Shown here: piece after piece, positions 18,685 through 28,426 of the stretch
How the letters are laid out: every line of letters begins with the position of its first letter
How positions within the stretch are numbered: the first letter of the stretch is position 1
DNA from: Shigella phage ESh26
Sequence record: ON528736
Length of the DNA stretch: 64,000 nucleotides
Direction: 5' to 3' (one strand)
Made by a program: the position numbers and the translations under genes
Notes under the pieces: generated by a model
The model's database searches: none
Told to the model about the DNA's origin: nothing
The model's input: only the letters and a program-made list of their open reading frames with translations

Positions 18685-18891
18685 TCACAGTTGCCACCAT
18701 TTTTTGACTTGATAGGAATCAACCCACACTTTCATATTAGGGTCTGCTCTTACAATAGGAGGATTAACTTCTTTAATTGAACTATCATGGTATTCTTTTT
18801 CAGAAATTTTCACACAAAGATGACCATTCAAAGATTCAGTAAATCCGGCATTAATTTTAAGACGCTTGAATTTTACGTGTGTAAGCATCAA
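18685..18891 (-). CDS. hypothetical protein
   Basis: 68 aa ORF, overlaps next ORF by 35 nt. Confidence 0.3.
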   Translation of the reverse strand: MMLTHVKFKRLKINAGFTESLNGHLCVKISEKEYHDSSIKEVNPPIVRADPNMKVWVDSYQVKKWWQL

Positions 18892-19174
18892 TCATATCCT
18901 CAATCTGCGATCTAGTAGTCTTCCAAAGAATACTAATGAGTTCATCGTTATATGGCTGTTTTAGAATATCCCGACTTTTCTTGATAGCATATTCGTATTG
19001 AGCAAAATTATTGTTTTCAGCTGCAAGCTGAGCGTGCTTATAAAGACGGTTCAATTCGCGTTTGTTTTTAGACAATAACTTATTTGCTTTTCTTTCTGCT
19101 TCAAGACGGTTCTTTTCTTCAATAGAAGAAATAAGCTTTTCCACTTCATCATTAATTTCGGGTTTATCAGTCAT
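18857..19174 (-). CDS. hypothetical protein
   Basis: 105 aa ORF. Confidence 0.45.
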   Translation of the reverse strand: MTDKPEINDEVEKLISSIEEKNRLEAERKANKLLSKNKRELNRLYKHAQLAAENNNFAQYEYAIKKSRDILKQPYNDELISILWKTTRSQIEDMIDAYTRKIQAS

Positions 19175-19175
19175 A

Positions 19176-19394
19176 TTATTTCTCTAATATAAAATAAAAA
19201 TCATCATCTGTTAAATGATACCGATAGTTTAATTCTACACCATTAGATTTAAAAGCGGTATCATACGGATTTTCTGGATCAATATCAATGTCAAGAGCTA
19301 AAACTTCCCTGAGATACATTTTAAGTAAATAGGGAATAGCTTCAACTTCAGGTATTTCTTCCAAGAATCCGGAGAGGTTAATCGTTAGCCTCAT
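19176..19394 (-). CDS. hypothetical protein
   Basis: 72 aa ORF. Confidence 0.4.
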
Positions 19395-19941
19395 ATAAAA
19401 AATCCAAACTAGGAGAATCGTCTACAACACTTTTCTTTTCAGCCCCCGGTGTTCTATAGGTTGATTCTTCGTAATGCGTCATTTTATCGTAGATGTCTTG
19501 AATAAAAGTTTCATCTACTAACGCAACCATATCGTCGTCACGACTGTCATAGACATTGTGAACGAAGTAACTGTATTTCTTTGCAACTTCCTTACGTTCT
19601 TTTTTAATACGTTGGACGAATGCATTAAAACAAGCTTGAGTTATATATGCATGTGGGTTTTTATATTTCGTTTCATCAAAATTATGAAGCCCCTTAATAG
19701 AAGCTTCTATACCATCTGCAATCATTTCTTGTTTCCAGGATTGGGTGTATCCTGAAAAGTTGAAACGTTTAGATAAGCCTTCTGCGATAAGCATAATGGC
19801 TAATCCGATAGTATCATTCTGACGAACTACTTTATTTGGGTCTTTATTATTTGCTAATTCTGTTTTCCAATCAATAATAGCTTGTAAAAGCTCTTTATTG
19901 TTTACGTAATTATATTTAGGCTTAGTTTCTGACATTTTCAC
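19378..19941 (-). CDS. 55: late-transcription sigma factor gp55
   Basis: 187 aa, T4 synteny. Confidence 0.9.
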
Positions 19942-20013
19942 CTCTTAGCTCAATTCATAGATCTATTATATCATAATATTTGAAGATCTATCTTAAAGCA
20001 TAGAGGATATCAG

Positions 20014-20283
20014 TTATCTAAGTAAGCAGTATGCTTGGAATACTTTCTCCATCATCTTTTTAAATTCATGAATATCTATATAATGACTAGTTAAATCAGC
20101 ATGATATAAAAAGTCTAAAAACTTTTCATGTGTGCTAGCATATTCACTTTCATTTAATTCAGAAACATGGCTTTCCCAATATCCAACACCAGTCTTATTT
20201 GGGAAAAATGAAATTTTCATGTATTGGTCAACATAGAAAATTCCATAATTTTCAATAGTAATAGAAATATTAATAAATTTCAT
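20014..20283 (-). CDS. hypothetical protein
   Basis: 89 aa ORF. Confidence 0.4.
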   Translation of the reverse strand: MKFINISITIENYGIFYVDQYMKISFFPNKTGVGYWESHVSELNESEYASTHEKFLDFLYHADLTSHYIDIHEFKKMMEKVFQAYCLLR

Positions 20284-20501
20284 ACATTCATCAACTTAGC
20301 CGCTTCAAGAGCTGCATCTAACGAATCAAACTGGTCAACGTATTCAATCAATTCGCCATAATTAGCGTATAACCACCATTGGCTAAATTCATACTCAAGG
20401 ATGAATCCATTTCCTTCAATTTGAGTTAAACCAATGCCATTTGTATTTACTTCATATCCGGCAAGACGCAAATCGTTAATAAGAGCTTCGTTCATATTCA
20501 T
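20280..20501 (-). CDS. hypothetical protein
   Basis: 73 aa ORF. Confidence 0.4.
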   Translation of the reverse strand: MNMNEALINDLRLAGYEVNTNGIGLTQIEGNGFILEYEFSQWWLYANYGELIEYVDQFDSLDAALEAAKLMNV

Positions 20502-20824
20502 ACCTTAGCAATTTTCAGGTCAGCAAATTTTTTCTTGCGTTGATTTTTCATACGACGAATAGTTTTATCGGAAATTTCATGCTTTTGATAAGCTTTAGAT
20601 TCTACGCCAAAAGCTTTAACATCAAATTCTGACAAGATATATTGAACCAACAATTCACGGACAGTATTGCGCCCAATCTTCTGATCATTCTGTTTCATCG
20701 TCTGATGAAGCTCTTTTTCCCATTTATCCAAAATTTGAGGAGTTACAATATCACCTTTTTCTAGCAAAGAAACTACTTTATCATATGCATAAGAATTGAT
20801 GGCGTTTTTAATTTGAATAGTCAT
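20498..20824 (-). CDS. hypothetical protein
   Basis: 108 aa ORF. Confidence 0.45.
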   Translation of the reverse strand: MTIQIKNAINSYAYDKVVSLLEKGDIVTPQILDKWEKELHQTMKQNDQKIGRNTVRELLVQYILSEFDVKAFGVESKAYQKHEISDKTIRRMKNQRKKKFADLKIAKV

Positions 20825-20861
20825 ACATTATCCTCAATTACATTAAAATTTTATTATCCAA

Positions 20862-20877
20862 AAGGGCCGAAGCCCTT
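20862..20877 (-). other. UUCG-tetraloop hairpin
   Basis: AAGGGC-UUCG-GCCCUU then U-rich. Confidence 0.5.
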
Positions 20878-21076
20878 AGCTAAATTTTTTGGCACCCTTC
20901 CAGCCTTCGTACATCATTGCAGCTGATATTAATATTGCTCCTGCGCATTTTGAATATTTGTGATTCCAAAACCAGTTTAGAAAAACTTCGTCATCAATAC
21001 CTTGGGCTATCATATTTTCAAAGAACTGACGACGAGCTTCAGCAATTCGTTGCGATAATTTAGATTCAGGATTCAT
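20876..21076 (-). CDS. hypothetical protein
   Basis: 66 aa ORF. Confidence 0.4.
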   Translation of the reverse strand: MNPESKLSQRIAEARRQFFENMIAQGIDDEVFLNWFWNHKYSKCAGAILISAAMMYEGWKGAKKFS

Positions 21077-21215
21077 TTAAATTTTCCAGTTACCATTTTC
21101 ATCAATAAATTTAATCCAGTCATTTACTGACCACTTGGTCGTATCGCCTTTTGGAGCAACATTTAAAGTGTATAATCCTTGTTTAAAAAGCATGCGTTTG
21201 ATATTCATATTTTCC

Positions 21216-21509
21216 TCAGCTATAACGATAACACTCGTTTGATTTACGCTTAGCAACTCGTTGAGAAGTATTGTAATCAAAATCATCGTCAATGTAAACT
21301 GATTTTTTCAACTTTCTTACTTCACCACGTAATTGACGATTTAGCTCATCTTTAACTTCTGAATCAATGCCTTTCATTCTACGCCATTTATCTGAGCGAA
21401 AAATGTTTTCAACCATATCTTTATGACTTACACCATCAGGAGCTTTACGCTTTCCGAAATAGTCATAATCACGAACTTTCAAGTCTTTACGACGATACGT
21501 TTTACCCAT
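21216..21509 (-). CDS. small basic protein
   Basis: 97 aa from ATG 21507-21509 (MGKTYRRKDL...). Confidence 0.4.
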   Translation of the reverse strand: MGKTYRRKDLKVRDYDYFGKRKAPDGVSHKDMVENIFRSDKWRRMKGIDSEVKDELNRQLRGEVRKLKKSVYIDDDFDYNTSQRVAKRKSNECYRYS

Positions 21510-21684
21510 GGAGTTTAATTTCCTTAGCAACTGAACTAAATACAGCACGATCACAAATCATCTGTTTATGTAACTTGAGTATAAGATAATAAACTTCAAA
21601 ACCGTTTACATAAGTAACACGAACAACATTACCATTAATAAAATAATATTGTCCCTTTTTAATTTCTTTATCAACCACAACCAT
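21502..21684 (-). CDS. hypothetical protein
   Basis: 60 aa ORF with early promoter upstream. Confidence 0.45.
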   Translation of the reverse strand: MVVVDKEIKKGQYYFINGNVVRVTYVNGFEVYYLILKLHKQMICDRAVFSSVAKEIKLHG

Positions 21685-21711
21685 ATCAAATCCTCAAAGG
21701 CAATTCATATG

Positions 21712-21744
21712 TTAATAATACCATAGTTTGAACTTCTTGTAAAC
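21712..21744 (-). promoter_or_regulatory. T4-type early promoter
   Basis: GTTTAC -35 at 21739-21744, TATTAT-like -10. Confidence 0.55.
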
Positions 21745-21764
21745 AACTTTGTGAAATTATTTTA

Positions 21765-21788
21765 GGGAACGATAAGAAGGGAACGATA
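21765..21788 (-). repeat. direct repeat GGGAACGATA x2 upstream of early promoter
   Basis: two exact 10-mers separated by AGAA. Confidence 0.5.
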
Positions 21789-21824
21789 GATTAGAATGGT
21801 AATATACAGAATGCGAGAAAGAAA

Positions 21825-21837
21825 GGCCCAGAGGGCC
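21825..21837 (-). terminator. terminator hairpin after nrdH
   Basis: GGGCC-loop-GGCCC then U-rich run. Confidence 0.5.
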
Positions 21838-21841
21838 CGTC

Positions 21842-22150
21842 TTAGTCTTCTATGATATCTCTATCATATCCAAGTGAAATGAGAGTTTCTTTGAAGTGTT
21901 TAATGTTCTTTTGTCTAGAATCATTGATGAAAATGACTGGATAACGAATGTTAAGAGATGTGAATCCAGCGCGTTTAGCAAGAGATACAATCAGTGGACG
22001 ATCATACTCAATCTTACCATTATTTGTAAGAACTTTATAGAAAGTAAAAGGAGCATTGAGCTCCTTTAGAAGTTTTGTAACTGATTGACATCCAGGACAA
22101 CGACCTACTTCATCTGGAATTCCATAGACTTCAATCTTATTTTGTTTCAC
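21842..22150 (-). CDS. nrdH: glutaredoxin-like NrdH
   Basis: 102 aa, CPGC redox motif, upstream of nrdG/nrdD. Confidence 0.8.
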   Translation of the reverse strand: MKQNKIEVYGIPDEVGRCPGCQSVTKLLKELNAPFTFYKVLTNNGKIEYDRPLIVSLAKRAGFTSLNIRYPVIFINDSRQKNIKHFKETLISLGYDRDIIED

Positions 22151-22152
22151 AA

Positions 22153-22365
22153 CTATTCCTTACTAAGAGCAGCATTCAGCTTATTAGTAATTTTATCCAG
22201 ACGCTCATTGAACTCGCTAGAAGACAGTCCTTTTTCTGGAGAAATCAAACTAATCACGAAAAATATAACAATAAAAGGAATAAGGAAAATAGCTCCAACT
22301 GCCATAAACAAAAAGAATGTTACGGTTGTAAGAAAATCAGCTAAACCTTTACGAAATTTATACAT
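22153..22365 (-). CDS. small membrane protein
   Basis: 70 aa, one hydrophobic helix. Confidence 0.45.
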   Translation of the reverse strand: MYKFRKGLADFLTTVTFFLFMAVGAIFLIPFIVIFFVISLISPEKGLSSSEFNERLDKITNKLNAALSKE

Positions 22366-22480
22366 ATTTTACCCTTAATTGATTAACCAAGCATTGATAA
22401 GCACTAAACTATATTGCGAATAAAATTCTGGACCAAAATGAAAAATCATATCATTTATAGTGTCCATAATATAATTCAAT

Positions 22481-22951
22481 TTAATCATGTTTCCACACCC
22501 CATCGGTATTTGACCAAAGTCGCTGATTATCTGATCCTCGCCACAGCTTTTTGGTCGGAAGATTTTTCTCATACTTCCCATCAATAATAACATCAACATA
22601 TTTAAGCATTTCTAGTTGTTTAATATCTTCAAACTTATATCCTGTCCACAACCAAATGCTTTTATTTGGATAAAGATTTTTTACTGTTTGAACCACAGAG
22701 TGAATAACATCTCGGTTATCGGGATAGAGAGGGTCTCCTCCAGTTATAGTTAATCCTTCTATATAATCATTATTCAAACATTCAATTAATTGTTCTAGTG
22801 TTTCACCAGTGAATGGAACGCCATTTCTAGCGTTCCATGTTGATTTATTATAACACCCTTCGCATTTATGCAAACAACCTGTAACGAAAAGAACGACCCT
22901 GCATCCAGGGCCATTCACAAAATCGCAAGGATAAAATCTATCATAATTCAT
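22481..22951 (-). CDS. nrdG: anaerobic ribonucleotide reductase activase NrdG (radical SAM)
   Basis: 156 aa, CLHKCEGC (CX3CX2C) cluster motif. Confidence 0.9.
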   Translation of the reverse strand: MNYDRFYPCDFVNGPGCRVVLFVTGCLHKCEGCYNKSTWNARNGVPFTGETLEQLIECLNNDYIEGLTITGGDPLYPDNRDVIHSVVQTVKNLYPNKSIWLWTGYKFEDIKQLEMLKYVDVIIDGKYEKNLPTKKLWRGSDNQRLWSNTDGVWKHD

Positions 22952-24765
22952 TGGTGTTTAACCCTATGCATGATTTCTTTATTTTTGCCGAGATTAAATC
23001 CGCGTTCGTTCGGATTTCCCAAATAACCACAAGTTCTTCTTATTGTGTTCATCTTTTTAGGATCAGTTTCTCCACAAATAGAACAAACAAATCCGTTTTC
23101 AGTAGGAGTCATTTCATGGGTACTTCCACATGTAAAACATTTATCTACTGGCATATTAACGCCAAAATAATCTAAATGTTGTGCAGCATAATCCCATACA
23201 GCCTCAAGACCTTTTAGGTTATTTTTCATATCAGGAAGTTCAACATAAGAAATGTGACCGCCTGTCGCAATGAAATGATATGGTGCTTCGCGAGAAATCT
23301 TTTCAAACGGAGTGATATTTTCTTCTACTGAAACATGGAAACTGTTAGTGTACCATCCTTTATCAGTAACGTCTTTTACACTTCCATATTTTTCAGTATC
23401 AAGTTTACAGAAGCGATAACAAAGGTTTTCAGCAGGTGTAGAATACAAACTAAAAGCAAAACCGGTTCTTTCAGTCCACTGTTTAAGACGAGCATTCATT
23501 TTAGTCAAAATTTCCTGTCCAATATCACGACCGACAAGAATATTCAATTCGTGAATACCAATGTATCCTAGGGACACTGAACTTCTACCGTTTTTAAATA
23601 ACTCAATTATGTCGTCATCAGGTTTAAGACGAACCCCGAATGCACCTTCTTGGTAAAGAATAGGAGCAACAGTCGCTTTAACTCCTTTTAAGGAACTAAT
23701 TCTACACATCAAAGCTTCAAAACACAAATCCATTCGTTCATTGAACAATTCGGTAAATTTCTGTTCATTGAACTGTGTTCCAATATAAGAATCTAATGCG
23801 ATACGAGGAAGATTCAGTGTTACAACACCGAGATTATTACGTCCATCAAGAATTTCATTACCAGTCGAATCTTTCCATACACTCAAGAAACTACGGCAAC
23901 CCATTGGAGAAACAGGAATAGATGAACCGGTGATAGCTTTATTATTCTTAACTGAAATAATATCAGGATACATTCTTTTGCTTGCACACTCTAGAGCAAG
24001 CTGCTTAATATCATAGTTCGGATCGTCTTTATAAAGATTAACGCCTTCTTCAACGAACATAACAAGTTTAGGGAAAATAGGAGTTATCCCATCGCGACCA
24101 AGGCCTTTAATACGATTTTTCAGAATTGCTTTCTGAATCATTCGTTCAGTCCAGTCAGTTCCCGTACCAAACGTAATTGTCACAAAAGGCGTTTGCCCAT
24201 TTGAACTAAAGAGAGTATTTACTTCATATTCATAAGCTTGGAATGCATCGTATACGTCTTTTTCTGTTTTAGATTGAGCGTAATTCAACGCATCAGCGAT
24301 TTGCCATTTTTCTGCATCCTCAATATGTTTTGCATAGGTGCGTTTAACATAAGGAGAAAGTACTTTATCTACATTAGCAAAAGTCGTTCCGCCATATTGA
24401 TGAGAAGCAACCTGCGCAGTAATTTGTGCCATAATTGCAGTAGCAACGCCGATTGATTTAGGAGTTTCAATCTGTGCATTACCGAGCTTAAATCCGTTTT
24501 CAAGCATTCCTTTTAAATCTACTAAACAGCAATTAGTAAATGGAAGAGCAGGGGAATAATCAATATCATGGAAATGGATAATTCCGCTTTCATGTGCTTT
24601 CATAATAAAAGACGGGACCATATTTTTGGCAATGTGTTTAGACACAATACCAGCCATAAGGTCCCGTTGAGTTGGAAAAACACGAGAATCTTTATTAGCA
24701 TTCTCGTTCAAAAGGTCTTTATTAGTTTTATGAATCAATCCTTCAATTTCTTTTTCAATTGTCAT
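22948..24765 (-). CDS. nrdD: anaerobic ribonucleoside-triphosphate reductase NrdD, uninterrupted
   Basis: 605 aa continuous ORF, C-terminal Zn ribbon and glycyl-radical region. Confidence 0.95.
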   Translation of the reverse strand: MTIEKEIEGLIHKTNKDLLNENANKDSRVFPTQRDLMAGIVSKHIAKNMVPSFIMKAHESGIIHFHDIDYSPALPFTNCCLVDLKGMLENGFKLGNAQIETPKSIGVATAIMAQITAQVASHQYGGTTFANVDKVLSPYVKRTYAKHIEDAEKWQIADALNYAQSKTEKDVYDAFQAYEYEVNTLFSSNGQTPFVTITFGTGTDWTERMIQKAILKNRIKGLGRDGITPIFPKLVMFVEEGVNLYKDDPNYDIKQLALECASKRMYPDIISVKNNKAITGSSIPVSPMGCRSFLSVWKDSTGNEILDGRNNLGVVTLNLPRIALDSYIGTQFNEQKFTELFNERMDLCFEALMCRISSLKGVKATVAPILYQEGAFGVRLKPDDDIIELFKNGRSSVSLGYIGIHELNILVGRDIGQEILTKMNARLKQWTERTGFAFSLYSTPAENLCYRFCKLDTEKYGSVKDVTDKGWYTNSFHVSVEENITPFEKISREAPYHFIATGGHISYVELPDMKNNLKGLEAVWDYAAQHLDYFGVNMPVDKCFTCGSTHEMTPTENGFVCSICGETDPKKMNTIRRTCGYLGNPNERGFNLGKNKEIMHRVKHQ

Positions 24766-25235
24766 TTTAAACTCTTTCTAAGCTGCTTCTTAAATGAAGC
24801 TATTAATTGTGTTTTAGTGTCAGATTCATTATATTCAAATCCTCTTTGAAGCATCTCAGCCATCATTTCCTCTTTTCCTAAACGAGAAAATTCCTTTGAT
24901 TTATCTCCAACGAAGTTAGGGTGAATATTATTTTGGGTGTAATCGGATTTTAAATAAGTAAGTAAATTTTCTAACCATTCAAGATAATCAACGCCTTGTC
25001 CCTTTAAGCCAGAACGATTAAATTTGTGTTTCATTTGACCTTCCGCTGCATTGCAAAGATTACAGAGCAATCCACGCACCTTTCCTGCTTTTGGTCCATT
25101 TAATTCATGGTCATGGTCAAGGTGATTAGCTTGAACATCAGGATTTAATTCTCGTTGGCAAATTAAGCATTTACCGTTTTGTGCATCATAAAATTTCTGT
25201 TTTTCTTCTTTATATAATTTGCCAGTCAATAACAT
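24762..25235 (-). CDS. 49: endonuclease VII (Holliday junction resolvase)
   Basis: 157 aa, CLICQRELNPDVQANHLDHDHELNG, matches recalled T4 gp49. Confidence 0.9.
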   Translation of the reverse strand: MLLTGKLYKEEKQKFYDAQNGKCLICQRELNPDVQANHLDHDHELNGPKAGKVRGLLCNLCNAAEGQMKHKFNRSGLKGQGVDYLEWLENLLTYLKSDYTQNNIHPNFVGDKSKEFSRLGKEEMMAEMLQRGFEYNESDTKTQLIASFKKQLRKSLK

Positions 25236-25284
25236 AATAAAACCCTTACCTTGAATAGATAAGGGTATTTATTATTTTCAAGTA

Positions 25285-25749
25285 TTAAAACGCTCGGTCA
25301 GAAAAAGAAATTTGAGTTTCAAGCCATTCAATGTATTCTGCCGCAGCTTGCATCAAATTTCCTTCATAACCATCGTTATTTTCTTGTGCAGCTAATTTAG
25401 CTAATGCATATGAAATGCGTTCACCTTGAAAAGCGGCTTTAGGTTTATGAATAACTTGATCAACTCGTTCTACGACCTCTTCAATTTCGCCATTTTCTGC
25501 GGATTCAGTATTCCACAAGCACCAATACGTAATTGGCTTATCGTAGATGTTAATAATCTTTCCATCAGAAAGTTCAATTTCAATAATTCCAGTATCAGGT
25601 TCTATATCATCTTCGCATTCTTTTGCAAGTTCACGAACTTTAAAGACAGTACCTGCACTAAGTTCCGGCCAGTAATTACACAGCCCTTTATCAGCACGAT
25701 TAATTCTAAACCACTTATCTACTGCAATCATATCCCATCTCCATATCAA
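25285..25749 (-). CDS. hypothetical protein (pin locus position)
   Basis: 154 aa ORF downstream of 49. Confidence 0.4.
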   Translation of the reverse strand: MIWRWDMIAVDKWFRINRADKGLCNYWPELSAGTVFKVRELAKECEDDIEPDTGIIEIELSDGKIINIYDKPITYWCLWNTESAENGEIEEVVERVDQVIHKPKAAFQGERISYALAKLAAQENNDGYEGNLMQAAAEYIEWLETQISFSDRAF

Positions 25750-25854
25750 TTAAGTCATTTATCGTCGGTTCATTATATACTGTTTCTTCATCAGTGTAAA
25801 CCGGTTCTTCCGGCTCTGGCTCTACAGTTTCCCATCTAGCCGCCCACCAAGGTT

Positions 25855-26175
25855 TTATAGCGTAATCCATTCTCGTACTGTCTGAGTTACTACACGTTCA
25901 CGGGGCTCGACTAGTTCAACAGTCGGAACTGCATAATACCAGTCAGAATGATAAGAACCTGAGCGAGATTCATTTACGGAAACATGTACATTGTGTTTTG
26001 GACTAAAATAAACACACTGACGATATTGGCATTTACCATCTTGCACCCAGTCTTCTATTTCAATAGGTTTAAGATAATCCGAAAAATCGAAATCATAATT
26101 TTCTGAAAATGCATCATGGTCTTCGATGATTTCGCTCAGAACTGCATCAACATCTAATTTATTTTCAATATTCAT
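25855..26175 (-). CDS. hypothetical acidic protein
   Basis: 106 aa ORF. Confidence 0.45.
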   Translation of the reverse strand: MNIENKLDVDAVLSEIIEDHDAFSENYDFDFSDYLKPIEIEDWVQDGKCQYRQCVYFSPKHNVHVSVNESRSGSYHSDWYYAVPTVELVEPRERVVTQTVREWITL

Positions 26176-26185
26176 TTTTCACCAA

Positions 26186-26395
26186 TTAATTTCGCAATTT
26201 ATTAAGTTCTTCATAATCAATCCAGGATTCTAGTCCTGATGGCAAATCAGATTCAATTTCCCAAAGAAGTTCTTCAATTTTCTGAAGACGATCTAATTCT
26301 TCAGCAGGAATAGTAACCATTGACGGAGTTCTTGATACGCTAATATCGTAAATCATATTTACCCCAGTTTGACCATACAATCGCCATATTTCCAT
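26186..26395 (-). CDS. hypothetical protein
   Basis: 69 aa ORF. Confidence 0.4.
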   Translation of the reverse strand: MEIWRLYGQTGVNMIYDISVSRTPSMVTIPAEELDRLQKIEELLWEIESDLPSGLESWIDYEELNKLRN

Positions 26396-26574
26396 TTAGA
26401 AATAGACTTTTCACCATTAGAATAATAAACTTCAAGTTTAGCACGGTTATTTTTAATTTGAATAACCTTGGCTGTCATCAAAGTTCCATACCCATAGTAA
26501 ACTGCAACTTCATCACCTACATATACCGCGCTTCCGCGGTAGTCATGGATATAATCAGTCCCTTCGAGCATCAT
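26359..26574 (-). CDS. hypothetical protein
   Basis: 71 aa ORF. Confidence 0.4.
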   Translation of the reverse strand: MMLEGTDYIHDYRGSAVYVGDEVAVYYGYGTLMTAKVIQIKNNRAKLEVYYSNGEKSISKWKYGDCMVKLG

Positions 26575-26834
26575 TTAAAGTATTCCCGCAATTGGTCAAA
26601 TCCACCAATATGACTTCCATCAGGAGCAAATACCTGAGGCATCGTCAAACCAATTTGAGTATCACGACCTAGTTTCGTCAGAAGCTCAGCGATTTTCTCA
26701 TCATCAAAAACACCTTTTTCCGGCATAATGTTGATAAATTCAAATGGCTGTTTCTTTACAGTCAAAAGACGTTTTGCATTATCGCAATACACGCATTTAT
26801 GGATGTTGCTATCATAACCATATACTTTAAACAT
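26571..26834 (-). CDS. nrdC: thioredoxin/glutaredoxin NrdC
   Basis: 87 aa MFKVYGYDSNIHKCVYCDNAK, CVYC motif. Confidence 0.85.
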   Translation of the reverse strand: MFKVYGYDSNIHKCVYCDNAKRLLTVKKQPFEFINIMPEKGVFDDEKIAELLTKLGRDTQIGLTMPQVFAPDGSHIGGFDQLREYFK

Positions 26835-26835
26835 A

Positions 26836-27078
26836 TTATTCCTTAATTCCTAGTACTTGTTTAAAAGTCTCATCGTAATCAAGACTTTGGCCCGTTTGTT
26901 CTTTATGTTTGTATATAATATCACTTACTTCTGATAGCATATTTTTATATGAACGGGTTATAGCAGATTTAAGCACGCTGTATCTATCAGGAAATTTACC
27001 ATGTTCATTATAATACGCTATTGCTAATTCACGGACTGCTTTTTCAGCAGTCTCCATATATTCTTTACGCTTGGTCAT
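26836..27078 (-). CDS. hypothetical protein
   Basis: 80 aa from ATG 27076-27078. Confidence 0.4.
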   Translation of the reverse strand: MTKRKEYMETAEKAVRELAIAYYNEHGKFPDRYSVLKSAITRSYKNMLSEVSDIIYKHKEQTGQSLDYDETFKQVLGIKE

Positions 27079-27079
27079 T

Positions 27080-27448
27080 TTAATCCAAAATATTATTAGG
27101 CATTGGTTGAACACTCGCAAGTTCTTTAAAGAACTCAGTAGAGTCAGGTAATTTAACCATTTCCGGAGCATGCTTGCTAAATTTGTGTTTACAATGACGG
27201 CATTTATATTCAAGTTCCGGTTTACGCCAGTTAATCAATTGAACCTGTTCAGTACCGCATTCAGGACAATTAGGAACGTTTTTAGAAGCCCTTTCGCGAC
27301 GATCAACCATAGCCATAATAGCATCCCAGGCTGGAGGTTTAAAATCTAAATCGTCAGTAACTAACAGTCCTTTATCAAACCCAGCGCATGGAGTCCATTC
27401 AGGAAAATCTGAAGCTTCGGCAATATCTTCTAATAGACGCTTTTTCAT
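27080..27448 (-). CDS. zinc-ribbon protein
   Basis: 122 aa, CPECG...CRHCKH. Confidence 0.45.
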   Translation of the reverse strand: MKKRLLEDIAEASDFPEWTPCAGFDKGLLVTDDLDFKPPAWDAIMAMVDRRERASKNVPNCPECGTEQVQLINWRKPELEYKCRHCKHKFSKHAPEMVKLPDSTEFFKELASVQPMPNNILD

Positions 27449-28374
27449 TTCAATACCTCAATAGCATTACGTAAACCATTTGCTTTTGCATTAAGAGCTT
27501 TTAACAATTTGGTGTGTTCGGCAATCTGGGCTTCAACTTCAATCAAACGAGCATTGAGATATTCACGTTCTTCGCTCAAGTTATCAATCTTTTCTACTTT
27601 AGGCTCTTTTACAACTGTCTTATATGTATTAGGGTTCTTCAGTTTAATTAGAATACGTGAACTGTATAACATTGAACCATTATCTTCGATTTCGTCATAC
27701 ATTTCTACTACGTCCATGATTTTTAACATCATGCGGAGTTTATAAGACAACGAACGAATAGTTTTGTTGTGCTTATTAATTTCTTTAGAGTTCATGGTGC
27801 CAAGATTACGTGAGTAATAATAAGGAACCTGGATATTAATTAACACTGATGAACCACCTGGCTTGTGTGTTACTTCATCAGCAATAACCCAATCCTTAAC
27901 ATGAACTGTATTTGTACGGTCATCACCAGCAGTAAATAGTTTGCGAGCATGCTTAAAAAGCATATTCACTTGGTCATTGAATTGACAAGCAAATTTATCA
28001 GCAAATTTAGTTTCAGGAATGGTAGATAACCAATCAGCCAAGTGGGTCTTTTTAACATCGTTAACAATAGTAAATTCAACCAAATCGGTTATAGATGTTG
28101 CAGATTTAATGAAGCTCGGCTTCATAAAGTTTTTAATGTTATCGCGAGCTACAGTAGAAGATAACATACGAGAACGTTTAAACCATTCAAGCAAATTGCC
28201 TAACGAATGAGAATAAGCGTTTTGAGTATCTTTACAGATATGATTTTCCTGACCAACATATTGAAGGAAATCACGAAGAATATTATTGATTACTGCTCTG
28301 TGTCCGATTTGATAATTACGGTGTTTAGTAATAAGACTGTCAAAATAATCAATATAATGTTTACGAGTTTTCAT
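27445..28374 (-). CDS. paralog family protein A with C-terminal coiled coil
   Basis: 309 aa, N-term MKTRKHY, C-term heptad-rich [42 protein letters not shown]. Confidence 0.5.
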   Translation of the reverse strand: MKTRKHYIDYFDSLITKHRNYQIGHRAVINNILRDFLQYVGQENHICKDTQNAYSHSLGNLLEWFKRSRMLSSTVARDNIKNFMKPSFIKSATSITDLVEFTIVNDVKKTHLADWLSTIPETKFADKFACQFNDQVNMLFKHARKLFTAGDDRTNTVHVKDWVIADEVTHKPGGSSVLINIQVPYYYSRNLGTMNSKEINKHNKTIRSLSYKLRMMLKIMDVVEMYDEIEDNGSMLYSSRILIKLKNPNTYKTVVKEPKVEKIDNLSEEREYLNARLIEVEAQIAEHTKLLKALNAKANGLRNAIEVLK

Positions 28375-28426
28375 GTTCTTCTCACTTGGTTAATGATTTA
28401 TACTCCGAGCCATCCTTGGCTTTAAA

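Noticed and set aside
22375-22599. 74 aa minus ORF overlapping the 3' end of nrdG
   Set aside because: Overlaps nrdG by about 120 nt in another frame; probably spurious, or real only with a later start that I cannot support.
22948-24765. Searched nrdD for a group I intron and I-TevII ORF as in T4
   Set aside because: The reading frame is continuous for 605 codons with no insertion.
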